DNA from: a virus
Lineage: Duplodnaviria; Caudoviricetes
Strand: one strand, 5' to 3'
Length of the DNA: 52,461 nt
IMG/VR virus record: IMGVR_UViG_3300008261_000093
Location: 1-52,461 of that record
The translations under genes were made by a program, and so were the position numbers. The notes below the pieces were generated by a model. It saw nothing but the letters and a program-made list of their open reading frames with translations, had not been told where the DNA came from and did not search any database. The number at the start of each line of letters is the position of its first letter. Position 1 is the stretch's first letter. This document shows positions 1-8,176 of the stretch, piece by piece.

Positions 1-89
1 GAGTCCTCCCCGGTCTTTTCGCCATTAATATCGGCCACAATACGGTCTGCTTCTTCCAGCTGTTGCTGGACTGCCTTTGGCAATGCCAT
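1..89 (-). CDS. Putative capsid scaffolding protein, N-terminus only (runs off window)
   Basis: ATG at 89 with AGGAGA SD at ~95-100; reads MALPKAVQQQLEEADRIVADINGEKTGED; position downstream of portal fits a scaffold gene. Confidence 0.6.
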   Translation of the reverse strand, partial: MALPKAVQQQLEEADRIVADINGEKTGED

Positions 90-103
90 TTCTATCTCCT
101 TTA

Positions 104-172
104 GCTCCGACTCTCACGTACGCTCCGCTCTTAACGGTCTGCGCAGGCTCGAATAACGGTCTGCTACTACGG
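104..172 (-). promoter_or_regulatory. Repeat-containing 5' leader of the putative scaffold gene
   Basis: GCAGACCGTTA twice (132-142, 154-164) and CGGAGC twice (104-109, 122-127) on the - strand just before the SD. Confidence 0.45.
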
Positions 173-180
173 TTTAAATA

Positions 181-423
181 CTAACCTTTACGATTAGCGC
201 TTAGTTTAGTGACTAACTCATTTGAGTTTTTGATATGGGCGAGTAAGTCCGCCAATATCCCGGCTTCACCTTGTAGCCGATAAATATGTTCTTGTTGTAT
301 AGTTCCTACAAGTTGTTCGAGGGTTCCGTTTCGGCTGTCCCTCAGCCATTCAACTAGTGGACCAAATTCTTCTGCTTGTAACCGTTGAAAACAACGAGCT
401 ACTCGCTCATCGAGTCTTTGCAT
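181..423 (-). CDS. Small head-module protein between portal and scaffold (Bbp19-like)
   Basis: 80-aa ORF with 'IYRLQGEA' motif typical of post-portal small proteins; synteny. Confidence 0.6.
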   Translation of the reverse strand: MQRLDERVARCFQRLQAEEFGPLVEWLRDSRNGTLEQLVGTIQQEHIYRLQGEAGILADLLAHIKNSNELVTKLSANRKG

Positions 424-426
424 TAC

Positions 427-618
427 TTACTTGCAGAGACCTTCAGTTTTTGCGGATTCTTGAGCGTACTCTTTACCGCCGCGCATGCCTAAAGCATCAT
501 TGTCGCCATCAGAACCACCTGCGCCCTGAGTAGCAGCACCTTTGCTCATGCCATCAGTCTTTGCAGACTCTTGGGCATATTCAGCACCGCGCTTTTCCAT
601 TGGGGAAATAGCTTTCAT
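427..618 (-). CDS. Hypothetical 63-aa protein with internal repeat
   Basis: AAGGAG SD; EYAQESAKT(D/E)G occurs twice. Confidence 0.75.
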   Translation of the reverse strand: MKAISPMEKRGAEYAQESAKTDGMSKGAATQGAGGSDGDNDALGMRGGKEYAQESAKTEGLCK

Positions 619-695
619 AAAAACTCCTTTTTGTCATCAGACAACTGTCTGACTTAGTTACTATTTACAACGTATATACTAAATTGTCAAGTCTT

Positions 696-2813
696 TTACT
701 GCGAAAACCTATTTACTACTGGTGAACCATCCATCAAATTCTGACCGCCCGGTGCCGCTGGGGGTGTTCCGCCTGCCTGAGCCTGCCCGTTTTGCTGAGC
801 CATTTCTTGCGCCATCATAGCTTGTTGCTGCTGGGCAGCTTGTGCAGCTTTAGCTTTCATAATCTCAACTGAAGGGACAATCTTGTCCACGTTCATATCA
901 AGAGTCATGGCTGTCTGGCGTAGCAATTCTGCAATACCTTCCATACCAACAACCTGTTGAGCCGCTGGGCTATTTAGGGCAAGACCTAAGAATTCATTAC
1001 GACGCTGTTGAGCAGTCTCTTTTTCCATGATTGAAGATGCACCACGGGCAACAATATCTACATCGCCCTTTAGATCCGGATCGTCAGAGTAGCGCATATT
1101 GTAGTAATACAAACGGTCAATACATGGCTTAATAACGTGCTCATCAATATTTGAGATGACCTGTTTAATCGATTTACCAGCGTTGGTCATGAGCATACTC
1201 ATACCAGAAGCAGTTCTACCTGCCCCACCTGCGGGCGCACCGCCAGTCATATAGCGTGGAATACCTGTGTACTCATCAGCTAAAATTGCAAATCTTTCAT
1301 AAACTGCCATCAATTCATTTGCTTGTGAGTTTGGCTGATAGAAAGAAACTGGGGTCTGATTTGCACCTAATGGGTCAGCTGTAACTTGCCAAACCTTCCA
1401 GGGGTACAACTGAGTAATATTTTCGCCTTCAGGCAAACGATCTATGTTGTAGACAACTTGAGGCCCAGATGCCAAAGACATGTTATTAACAAGACTACGA
1501 GCAGCAGCGTTGCATACATCTTGAACGTCTCGACAGAGGTCGGCGACAGAGTTGCCCCAAAAAGCTCCTGGGACTTCTTCATACGAAGTTTTATAATATG
1601 GCTTACGACCGAGCGGATCGGGGTTAATAACGGCTTTAATAATCCATGTACCGATAAGCCATGCTTCAATAGGATACTCCGCCATAGGGTCGGGAACCTC
1701 TTCAGGAGACATTCCCCAATCAATAAGTAAACGGCCTTGCACTGAACCCCAAAATTGTAACGCATCAATTAACTCCGATGGGTTTTGGCCTGCAGCAGTT
1801 GTAGACTTGCCTTCTGCTGTTGCTCTAGTAAGGTCAACATAGATCCATTCGCGTAAGCCACCTTTTCCATAAGCTTCAAGAACTTGGCGTATGGCTCCAT
1901 CACTATAGCCGTCAACTCCAATAAGTTCGTGGAGGTCAGCCCTTGATAATTTGTGTCTTTCAATTAAATATCCGTCATTAATCGTTGAGGCATCAGGCGC
2001 AGGGTATAAGTTAAACGGACTTACTCGCTCCCACTCTAATGCTAAAGTTTTTTGAACTTGCAAATCATAGCCACCATTTGGTAACTTAACCCATTTTAAC
2101 TCAGGACGGTTACGAACAACAGGGCCCTTAAGAACTGCAGATGGGAATGTGACTAAGTCATCAATAAACTGAGCAAATGCTGTAGTCCACTGGCCTTCAA
2201 TCATCTGCTGATGCATTTTCTTTTCCATGCGCTTGGCAGTCTCTTCTGCAATCTCACCAAGCTGGCGGTATGCAGCGTCTTTAAGATCAAGCAGCATCTG
2301 ACGTACTTCGACATCAGTGGGATTCATCCCTGAACGCAACATCATCTCTAACTGCTGCTGAGCACGCATCATCAAGTCTTGGAGAATATCTGGTTCCATA
2401 TCTGGAATCGGACTTGGACGCAAGCTCCATGGTTTTTCTTCAGGAGTCGACATAACAACATCGCGCAGCCAGCTTGAAGCCGCACGGCACTTGTTTGAAG
2501 TCAACATCATGTAAATCGTTGAGCTGCCCTGCTCGCGTAGCTGAGCTAATTTGTCCGGATCATACTGACCACGGCGCTGGCGCACGGCTTTTAGCATTTG
2601 CTGTTCGACTGTGTACTCTTTTGCCATACGAGCGTACATCCACTTCTGCTTGATATACGCAGCAAGGTTTTGTACTACTGGGCTAGAGTTTGCAGTGACG
2701 GCTGCAGCACGCTCCTCTTCTTGGAGCTGCTTAATCGATTTGATTGGTACGATACCACCCACGGTCGTGTAACCGGGAGCAGTCGCGTTTGTGATATTCA
2801 ACGCAGCATCCAT
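696..2813 (-). CDS. Portal protein
   Basis: 705 aa, directly downstream of terminase large subunit; P22-like portal features and Gln/Ala-rich C-terminus. Confidence 0.85.
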   Translation of the reverse strand: MDAALNITNATAPGYTTVGGIVPIKSIKQLQEEERAAAVTANSSPVVQNLAAYIKQKWMYARMAKEYTVEQQMLKAVRQRRGQYDPDKLAQLREQGSSTIYMMLTSNKCRAASSWLRDVVMSTPEEKPWSLRPSPIPDMEPDILQDLMMRAQQQLEMMLRSGMNPTDVEVRQMLLDLKDAAYRQLGEIAEETAKRMEKKMHQQMIEGQWTTAFAQFIDDLVTFPSAVLKGPVVRNRPELKWVKLPNGGYDLQVQKTLALEWERVSPFNLYPAPDASTINDGYLIERHKLSRADLHELIGVDGYSDGAIRQVLEAYGKGGLREWIYVDLTRATAEGKSTTAAGQNPSELIDALQFWGSVQGRLLIDWGMSPEEVPDPMAEYPIEAWLIGTWIIKAVINPDPLGRKPYYKTSYEEVPGAFWGNSVADLCRDVQDVCNAAARSLVNNMSLASGPQVVYNIDRLPEGENITQLYPWKVWQVTADPLGANQTPVSFYQPNSQANELMAVYERFAILADEYTGIPRYMTGGAPAGGAGRTASGMSMLMTNAGKSIKQVISNIDEHVIKPCIDRLYYYNMRYSDDPDLKGDVDIVARGASSIMEKETAQQRRNEFLGLALNSPAAQQVVGMEGIAELLRQTAMTLDMNVDKIVPSVEIMKAKAAQAAQQQQAMMAQEMAQQNGQAQAGGTPPAAPGGQNLMDGSPVVNRFSQ

Positions 2814-2873
2814 AGACTATTTCGAAATGTCAATACTTGCTTTATAAGTTATAAACCATTGATCTGTCAAGCC

Positions 2874-4283
2874 CTAGTCCCAAATAAATGTAGTTTTTTC
2901 TACAACTTTGGCTTTTCTGGTTAACACACCACCTGTAATGTTGCCGTCTGCATGCAAACATGCGTACTGAAATGCGTCTGCAATGTGAGAGTAACTGTTT
3001 TTCTCCGGCTTGTCATCAGTATCGCCGTTATTTTTTATTTTATACCTATATCCGCCTCTTAGGGCATTTATTAGCTCTCGACAGCTCGGATCGATCAACA
3101 TTGCTGATTTTCCATCAACAATACGGGTAAGTAGGGCATCAACTGCAGAAAGACGAGCCACAACACTGTTTGATCTTGCTGGAATTACCCTAAATCCCTC
3201 TGCTTTTAGGATATCAAACACACTTCTTTCGTCTGTTTGAGCCCTCTGCTGACCTGCTGGATCACCAATAATTAGCACTGGCATCCCGGGAAACTTGTTT
3301 GATAACAAGGGTTTAAGCTTCTCCCGCACAAATCGTAAGGTCCCCATTCCGTCAGATACTAAATTTGCATAAGTCAAAAATCTTCCCTGCGGATCAACCT
3401 GCGATATTGTGCAGGCGGGGGTTAAACCGAAGTCCATTCCAATTACTAATGGGTTTGTAGACAATTTTATGTAGTTTAACTCTTTTTGAGCCACATGAAT
3501 ATCACGATCGAAAGCCCTAAACACAGGCTGTCCGGATAACGATTTACCAAACTGCGCGTTGATATATACATCAATCCAGTCTTCTGCTTTACCCTCTGCC
3601 AAATTCTCATAGTATCCGTCCGGTAGGAATTCCAGCCAATCTGCCTCTTGCGACAAACCGCTAGGTTGAAAAAAACATTCTGCATTGGCTGGTGGCTCAG
3701 AAAGATATGTTTCCCAAAAGGTATCCATATCCGGTGGGTTTGTCATCCCCCAGATGTGAGCATTAGAATCGCCGTTGTCATCGACACAGCCCACGCTGTT
3801 GTCCAACTTACTAGGGAAACGACCAAGACGGCCTTGAAGCGCGTTAAAGATGTCCGGGTTAATTTCTCGAAACTCATCCAGTATGCCAAAGCTAGCCTGT
3901 AAAGACAGTAAGCGCCTAACGTCATTAGAGTCATCGAGACCGCGAAAAAGAATTTCACACTCAACATCGTCAAACCTCAGAATAAATTTATATTCGGACT
4001 TAAGATAAGTCCCCGCCTGGCCGTCCGGATACCAGCGTAGTACATCAGGAATCGACGTGTCTCGCAGCTGCTCTCGTGTGTTACGTACCCAGATCGCTCG
4101 ACTTCTGCGGATTCCGTCCTTACATTTGGCCATTTTCTTGGCGTGATATGCAATTTTCATTATGCCCGCCGTGGTTTTTGTACTACCCACTGGCCCCACA
4201 ATCAATGAAATAAAGGCATCTGAGGTCAAAAACCCCTTAACCGACTCTGGCGGTGTGTACTGTAAATTACTCATTATCCTCAA
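2874..4283 (-). CDS. terL: Terminase large subunit
   Basis: Walker A-like GPVGSTKT, Walker B ILDE, nuclease GMDFG, C-terminal SHIADAFQY; true start may be the ATG of MSNLQY. Confidence 0.93.
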   Translation of the reverse strand: MRIMSNLQYTPPESVKGFLTSDAFISLIVGPVGSTKTTAGIMKIAYHAKKMAKCKDGIRRSRAIWVRNTREQLRDTSIPDVLRWYPDGQAGTYLKSEYKFILRFDDVECEILFRGLDDSNDVRRLLSLQASFGILDEFREINPDIFNALQGRLGRFPSKLDNSVGCVDDNGDSNAHIWGMTNPPDMDTFWETYLSEPPANAECFFQPSGLSQEADWLEFLPDGYYENLAEGKAEDWIDVYINAQFGKSLSGQPVFRAFDRDIHVAQKELNYIKLSTNPLVIGMDFGLTPACTISQVDPQGRFLTYANLVSDGMGTLRFVREKLKPLLSNKFPGMPVLIIGDPAGQQRAQTDERSVFDILKAEGFRVIPARSNSVVARLSAVDALLTRIVDGKSAMLIDPSCRELINALRGGYRYKIKNNGDTDDKPEKNSYSHIADAFQYACLHADGNITGGVLTRKAKVVEKTTFIWD

Positions 4284-4779
4284 ACGCCGGTTTGGCTTTT
4301 AGGTTTAATTTCGGGGGTTCAAATTCCACCTTTTCAACAGGTTCTACATCAATTACCTGCTTTTTCTGGCTGTCTTGCAAATTTATGGTTATAGAGAACC
4401 CTGGGCCACTAGCAACTTGTGCACTAGCCTTTGGCTCCATGTCTCCAAGTTTAGCACCAAGTTTTATAAACTCAAGCTTCTGCAGTAGCGTCGCATCATT
4501 TGACCGAGCAATTTTATACGCATCCTCGAATACATCTTCGGTCAGCGCCTTGGCCTTTATACGGAACGTAACCCCATTCTGCTCAAGCTCCGCCTTCTGT
4601 TTAGCAACAGCATCATTAAACGGCTTCCATGCCTGCATGGATTTCCAACGGATACCATCAAACCCATAACGTGACGCAACCTCCTCGGGATCTTCCATCC
4701 CGATCGCCATGGCCAGGATCATCTCCTGGGGTATATCAAGCGCTGGTGGCAGCTGTGTCGGTAGTAGTTCTTCGTCCAT
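4267..4779 (-). CDS. Putative terminase small subunit
   Basis: Overlaps start of terL; helical ~170 aa ending in a 'GFSITINL' beta segment; ATG at 4779. Confidence 0.6.
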   Translation of the reverse strand: MDEELLPTQLPPALDIPQEMILAMAIGMEDPEEVASRYGFDGIRWKSMQAWKPFNDAVAKQKAELEQNGVTFRIKAKALTEDVFEDAYKIARSNDATLLQKLEFIKLGAKLGDMEPKASAQVASGPGFSITINLQDSQKKQVIDVEPVEKVEFEPPKLNLKAKPAFEDNE

Positions 4780-4897
4780 CGAGGTAGTCAACTAAAGCTT
4801 GGCGGATTATTTCAGATACGGTAGTGTGGCGCTTTTCTGCTACAACTTTGAGTTCTTCCATAATCTTCTCAGGTAAGAAAAAGTTATGTCGCTTCAT
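4736..4897 (-). CDS. Ribbon-helix-helix (CopG/Arc-like) DNA-binding protein, 53 aa (not in ORF track)
   Basis: MKRHNFFLPEKIMEELKVVAEKRHTTVSEIIRQALVDYL matches the RHH pattern; ATGA-coupled to upstream ORF. Confidence 0.8.
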   Translation of the reverse strand: MKRHNFFLPEKIMEELKVVAEKRHTTVSEIIRQALVDYLDGRRTTTDTAATSA

Positions 4898-5064
4898 TTT
4901 TTAACCACTTTCTTTACTACCTTTTTTGCCGCTGGCAATGCGGCCGCCCTACGCTCTTCTTTTTTGGGTCGAGCAGGCTTAGCTTGTTCTACGGGTTTTG
5001 CTACTGGGGTTTGGGCTTTAGGACGGAAATAGTCCATTAGTTTTTTCATCGCTTCGGTTACCAT
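4894..5064 (-). CDS. Small basic hypothetical protein, 56 aa (not in ORF track)
   Basis: AGGAGA SD at 5069-5074; MVTEAMKKLMDYFRPKAQ...KKVVKKVVKK. Confidence 0.65.
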   Translation of the reverse strand: MVTEAMKKLMDYFRPKAQTPVAKPVEQAKPARPKKEERRAAALPAAKKVVKKVVKK

Positions 5065-5087
5065 GTTTTCTCCTTTGGTTTTTGTGA

Positions 5088-5115
5088 ATCATACATCATG
5101 TGTGGCTGTTGTCAA
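5088..5115 (-). promoter_or_regulatory. Sigma70-type promoter for the packaging operon
   Basis: TTGACA-16 nt-TATGAT. Confidence 0.55.
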
Positions 5116-5491
5116 TACTATTTTTAGACTTCTTTTTTGATTTGGGTTTTTTGGAGTGGTGTTCAGCGTAGTGATGCTTTCTATGGCAATTTGCACACAA
5201 TACGATACATTTCTCTCGGATCTCTTTTATTGCCTGCCCAATCATCCCGTCATGGACTAGTTTAAAAACCTTTTTGTTCGAGGGGTCTCTGATTACGTGG
5301 TGAAAGTCTAATGCCGCTGGATGGTTTTCTGAACAATTGGTGCACTGCAATGTTTTCTTAAAGGCAAGCCATTCTTTACGAAGACGTGTTCTTCTTGCTT
5401 TTACAGCATCTTTAACCTTTTGCTTATGGTTTTCATAATGCCGACGCTGGGCTTCTAACCTTCTTGGGTCATTCGGATCTTTGTATGGCAT
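5096..5491 (-). CDS. HNH endonuclease
   Basis: CTNC...ALDFHH...LCANCHRKHH. Confidence 0.88.
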   Translation of the reverse strand: MPYKDPNDPRRLEAQRRHYENHKQKVKDAVKARRTRLRKEWLAFKKTLQCTNCSENHPAALDFHHVIRDPSNKKVFKLVHDGMIGQAIKEIREKCIVLCANCHRKHHYAEHHSKKPKSKKKSKNSIDNSHT

Positions 5492-5497
5492 GGCGTG

Positions 5498-5526
5498 AAT
5501 GTAATGGGTTGTATGTAGATTGTCAA
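5498..5526 (-). promoter_or_regulatory. Sigma70-type promoter, probably giving a leaderless HNH mRNA
   Basis: TTGACA-17 nt-TACATT; HNH ATG lies 7 nt after the -10 box with no SD. Confidence 0.6.
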
Positions 5527-5528
5527 TA

Positions 5529-5543
5529 TAGGGAAAACCCTTA
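5529..5543. promoter_or_regulatory. Palindromic operator-like site TAGGGAAAACCCTTA
   Basis: Sits just upstream of the -35 box; same motif family at 9.95-10.0 kb and 22.63 kb. Confidence 0.5.
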
Positions 5544-5803
5544 GGGGTGGGTGTCGATTTGGTGGGCTGCTAGCTGTGAATAAGAAAGCCGAAAAAGTCT
5601 CCACTTGCCACATCCTCGATTGTCGGCTTAACCACCCGTGTGTAGTGTACTTGAGTGTTGTGCAGATGCAACAGTGAGGTGTGAGTAACATATTTGTTAC
5701 GTTAAATACCTTTAGGTAATGTTTATATTACACAACTGTGTCTGTATAACGTGTGTATAGTCATATTTTTACCGGGCGCATTACGGCCAATACGTAAGCA
5801 TAG

Positions 5804-5842
5804 CCCCCGCCCCCCACCCCCTCTGGTCAGGGGGGTGTCCCC
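5804..5842. other. C/G-tract element at the transcription divergence point (possible genome terminus / G-quadruplex)
   Basis: CCCCC-G-CCCCCC-A-CCCCC...GGGGGG...CCCC; inverted repeat CACCCCCT/AGGGGGGTG. Confidence 0.4.
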
Positions 5843-5843
5843 T

Positions 5844-6315
5844 TAGCCCTCTGCCTATGGTGTAGGTCGCATCACTTAGTGTTGTGCCTATATCGCAGAG
5901 TATCGCTACGGGTTGGTCTATACCTGAGTATCCTTTAGACTATGGCGGGTAGGTTGTCCGTGCTGAATGTTGAGTCATTCTGATACTTAGTAAGCACAAT
6001 GGATTTGCCGAAACCATGCGGGAGAGTATCCGTGCAAAAGTGAGCAGAATACCGCTTACACACTAGAGCGAACCGCACCTGACCTAGTTGTCAGGATTAG
6101 GGTGGATTACCTGAGATAGCCGAAGTGCCTCAAGTAATATGCGTATCCCCCCTAAGTGTCGCAAACAATGGCAGACACAGGCACAGGGTTATGATGAGAT
6201 TCCTAGCCCTGACTGCAAAGTATCTAGGTCAAACCTCGGATACCCATAACAGTCAGGGTTTTTCCCCCTCGCAAGAGGGGTTTTTATCAAGTGCTTTAGC
6301 AATAGAGTGCTTGAT
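5844..6315 (+). ncRNA. Candidate large structured non-coding RNA (~470 nt)
   Basis: No credible ORF; more than 10 nested or consecutive helices, many with G-U pairs favouring the + strand; two GCAA tetraloops. Confidence 0.55.
6265..6285 (+). terminator. Intrinsic terminator
   Basis: CCCCTC-GCAA-GAGGGG followed by TTTTT. Confidence 0.7.
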
Positions 6316-6342
6316 TCTGACTAACTAACTTAGGAGTAAATC

Positions 6343-6864
6343 ATGGCTCTACTTAACGCCAAAGACCTCGAATCAAAAATTGCAACAATCGGTAAAACTG
6401 CTGGTGAGTTGCAGTCTGAGATTCAAATCGCCGCTGTAAATGCAATCGGCTACTCTATCGAGCATGGTGATATTCGTTACGGGCAAAAGTTGTTTGATGT
6501 TTTGCCTACGGGTGTCCGTCGTGCTAGTTTGGTGGCTTTCCTTGAAAAGCATGGCAATTTCTGTTATCTCAAAGATGACAAGAAGTTTGCGTTTTACAAG
6601 GCTCAAGATTCCTACGATGAAGTTGCTTTATTGGCTACCTCGTGGGCTTCTGCTAAGGCTGAGAACATCACATCTGAGTATGATGTGCAGAAGATGTTTG
6701 ATAGCCTCATGAAACGCATCGAGTCCGCTATCAAGAAATCTGGTGATGGCTCGGTCAAGGTTCTCAACACACCCCTGTATGACTACCTACAAGAAGCACA
6801 AGACCGCTTCAATGTTGAAAAGAATTTCGTTCAACCTGATTCAGTCGAGCAAAAAGTAGCGTAA
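6343..6864 (+). CDS. Early phage protein of unknown function
   Basis: 173 aa, TAGGAG SD; first gene of the + arm. Confidence 0.85.
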   Translation: MALLNAKDLESKIATIGKTAGELQSEIQIAAVNAIGYSIEHGDIRYGQKLFDVLPTGVRRASLVAFLEKHGNFCYLKDDKKFAFYKAQDSYDEVALLATSWASAKAENITSEYDVQKMFDSLMKRIESAIKKSGDGSVKVLNTPLYDYLQEAQDRFNVEKNFVQPDSVEQKVA

Positions 6865-6875
6865 TCTCGCACCCT

Positions 6876-6895
6876 GCACCCCCCTAGGGGGGTGC
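6876..6895. repeat. Perfect 20-bp palindrome GCACCCCCCTAGGGGGGTGC
   Basis: Read directly from sequence. Confidence 0.85.
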
Positions 6896-6929
6896 TCATC
6901 AAATCCACAACATTCATGGGAGTTATCTT

Positions 6930-7103
6930 ATGGGTTATGCCCTTCAATGTCTTAAGTTCGCTAATGCAGTTGTCCCCAAAGGTGCGTATGCCAACAAGTC
7001 GTATGCCAATAAACGGGATAACAAAAAACCATCTAGTGTAGAGATATACAAACCCAACGCATCGGGTGCATTAGAACTTGTAGTCCGTGTCAGCATTAAA
7101 TGA
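6930..7103 (+). CDS. Hypothetical 57-aa protein (not in ORF track)
   Basis: GGGAG SD at 6918-6922; MGYALQCLKFANAVVPKGAY... Confidence 0.55.
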   Translation: MGYALQCLKFANAVVPKGAYANKSYANKRDNKKPSSVEIYKPNASGALELVVRVSIK

Positions 7104-7129
7104 GTAATGTGTGTCCAATGTAGTCATGT

Positions 7130-7410
7130 TCGGGGTAATTATCCAATTTGAGGGTATAAAAAAACGGATAATTACAACGGATAATTACAAACCCTTATAA
7201 ATCAATATCCTAGAAGGGTAATTATCCAATTATCCAATTATCCGAAAAAAAACAATATATAGAGAATAATAGAAATGCTCTTATGGTCATGTGTGCGTGT
7301 GCGAATATATATCTCGTAATGGAATATACGGGGGGTGTTTTCGGAAAAAAACGCATTTTGGATAATTGTAATTAAATCAATGACTTCGGGTAATCCGTTT
7401 TAATTATCCG
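7130..7410. repeat. Iteron-like repeat cluster, putative replication origin
   Basis: Eight perfect AATTATCC/GGATAATT copies in both orientations, AT-rich, two TAAATCAAT elements. Confidence 0.65.
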
Positions 7411-7511
7411 CTTTATATCCATCGAATAAACTACATAAAACCCATTCAATCCATCACATTTTTCAACAAAAAACGCTAGTGCCCACTAACCAATTTCGAG
7501 GTTCACCTATC

Positions 7512-7661
7512 ATGCCAGACCACGATGCATTCGAAATAAAACGCAAATTATTTATCAAATCCACTAAACCCAAATTTTCCATGCAGTATGGAATTCTACT
7601 TTTAGCAGTTGCCGTCATCTATTTCGGCGGTCATGTTTTGTATTATTTATACACACATTAA
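7512..7661 (+). CDS. Small membrane protein
   Basis: GAGG SD; C-terminal hydrophobic helix. Confidence 0.6.
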   Translation: MPDHDAFEIKRKLFIKSTKPKFSMQYGILLLAVAVIYFGGHVLYYLYTH

Positions 7662-7679
7662 ACCCACGGGAGGCATCAA

Positions 7680-7907
7680 ATGAATTATTTGTGCACAGTT
7701 TGTTACGGAGGTCATGTTGACCCAGAGCGGGCGAAAGTCCTAATTAAAAACAACCAACCCATTACCTGCCTTGAGCATGGTGATGAACTAGCCAAGCAAA
7801 AGGCTAAGATGTATACAGTTGCACCAATGCATAAGTCTAACTATATGCTGATAACCAACCGAGATGACCTTAAAGGTCTGAACAACAAGGGAGGGCTGAT
7901 TAAATGA
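7680..7907 (+). CDS. Small zinc-finger-like phage protein (DksA/TraR-finger-like)
   Basis: CTVC...ERAKVL...TCLEH then PMHKSNY; GGAGG SD. Confidence 0.65.
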   Translation: MNYLCTVCYGGHVDPERAKVLIKNNQPITCLEHGDELAKQKAKMYTVAPMHKSNYMLITNRDDLKGLNNKGGLIK

Positions 7908-8143
7908 GTAAAGCCATGACACCCGACGAATTGAAATTCATACAGAAACTTATCGTAGATTCCAAGACACAAGCAACATATTGGAAGGTATGGAATGACC
8001 CCAAGACAACGAAACGGGTGTTAAAACTCATGGCTAAGTATGGCAAGAACAAGGTATACAAAACCATAGAAATACTTAAAGAGCATGAGCAACTACATTC
8101 AACCATGAAACAAGAATATGCACACCTATGGGTAAAGCCCTAG
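7904..8143 (+). CDS. Hypothetical protein
   Basis: Overlaps upstream stop; GGAGG SD. Confidence 0.7.
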   Translation: MSKAMTPDELKFIQKLIVDSKTQATYWKVWNDPKTTKRVLKLMAKYGKNKVYKTIEILKEHEQLHSTMKQEYAHLWVKP

Positions 8144-8176
8144 AAATACATTAAATCATACAACCACGGAGAACTT

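Noticed and set aside
5941-5960. c4 antisense RNA (TATGGCGGG resemblance)
   Set aside because: Only a short match; I could not find the rest of the c4 structure.
6125-6328. 67-aa ORF in the structured region (and 5455-5691)
   Set aside because: No SD; the first runs through a terminator hairpin; neither looks protein-like.
7130-7410. CRISPR mini-array
   Set aside because: Repeats are 8-13 bp, in both orientations and irregularly spaced. The Cas4-like nuclease at 19.4 kb is an ordinary phage replication-module exonuclease.
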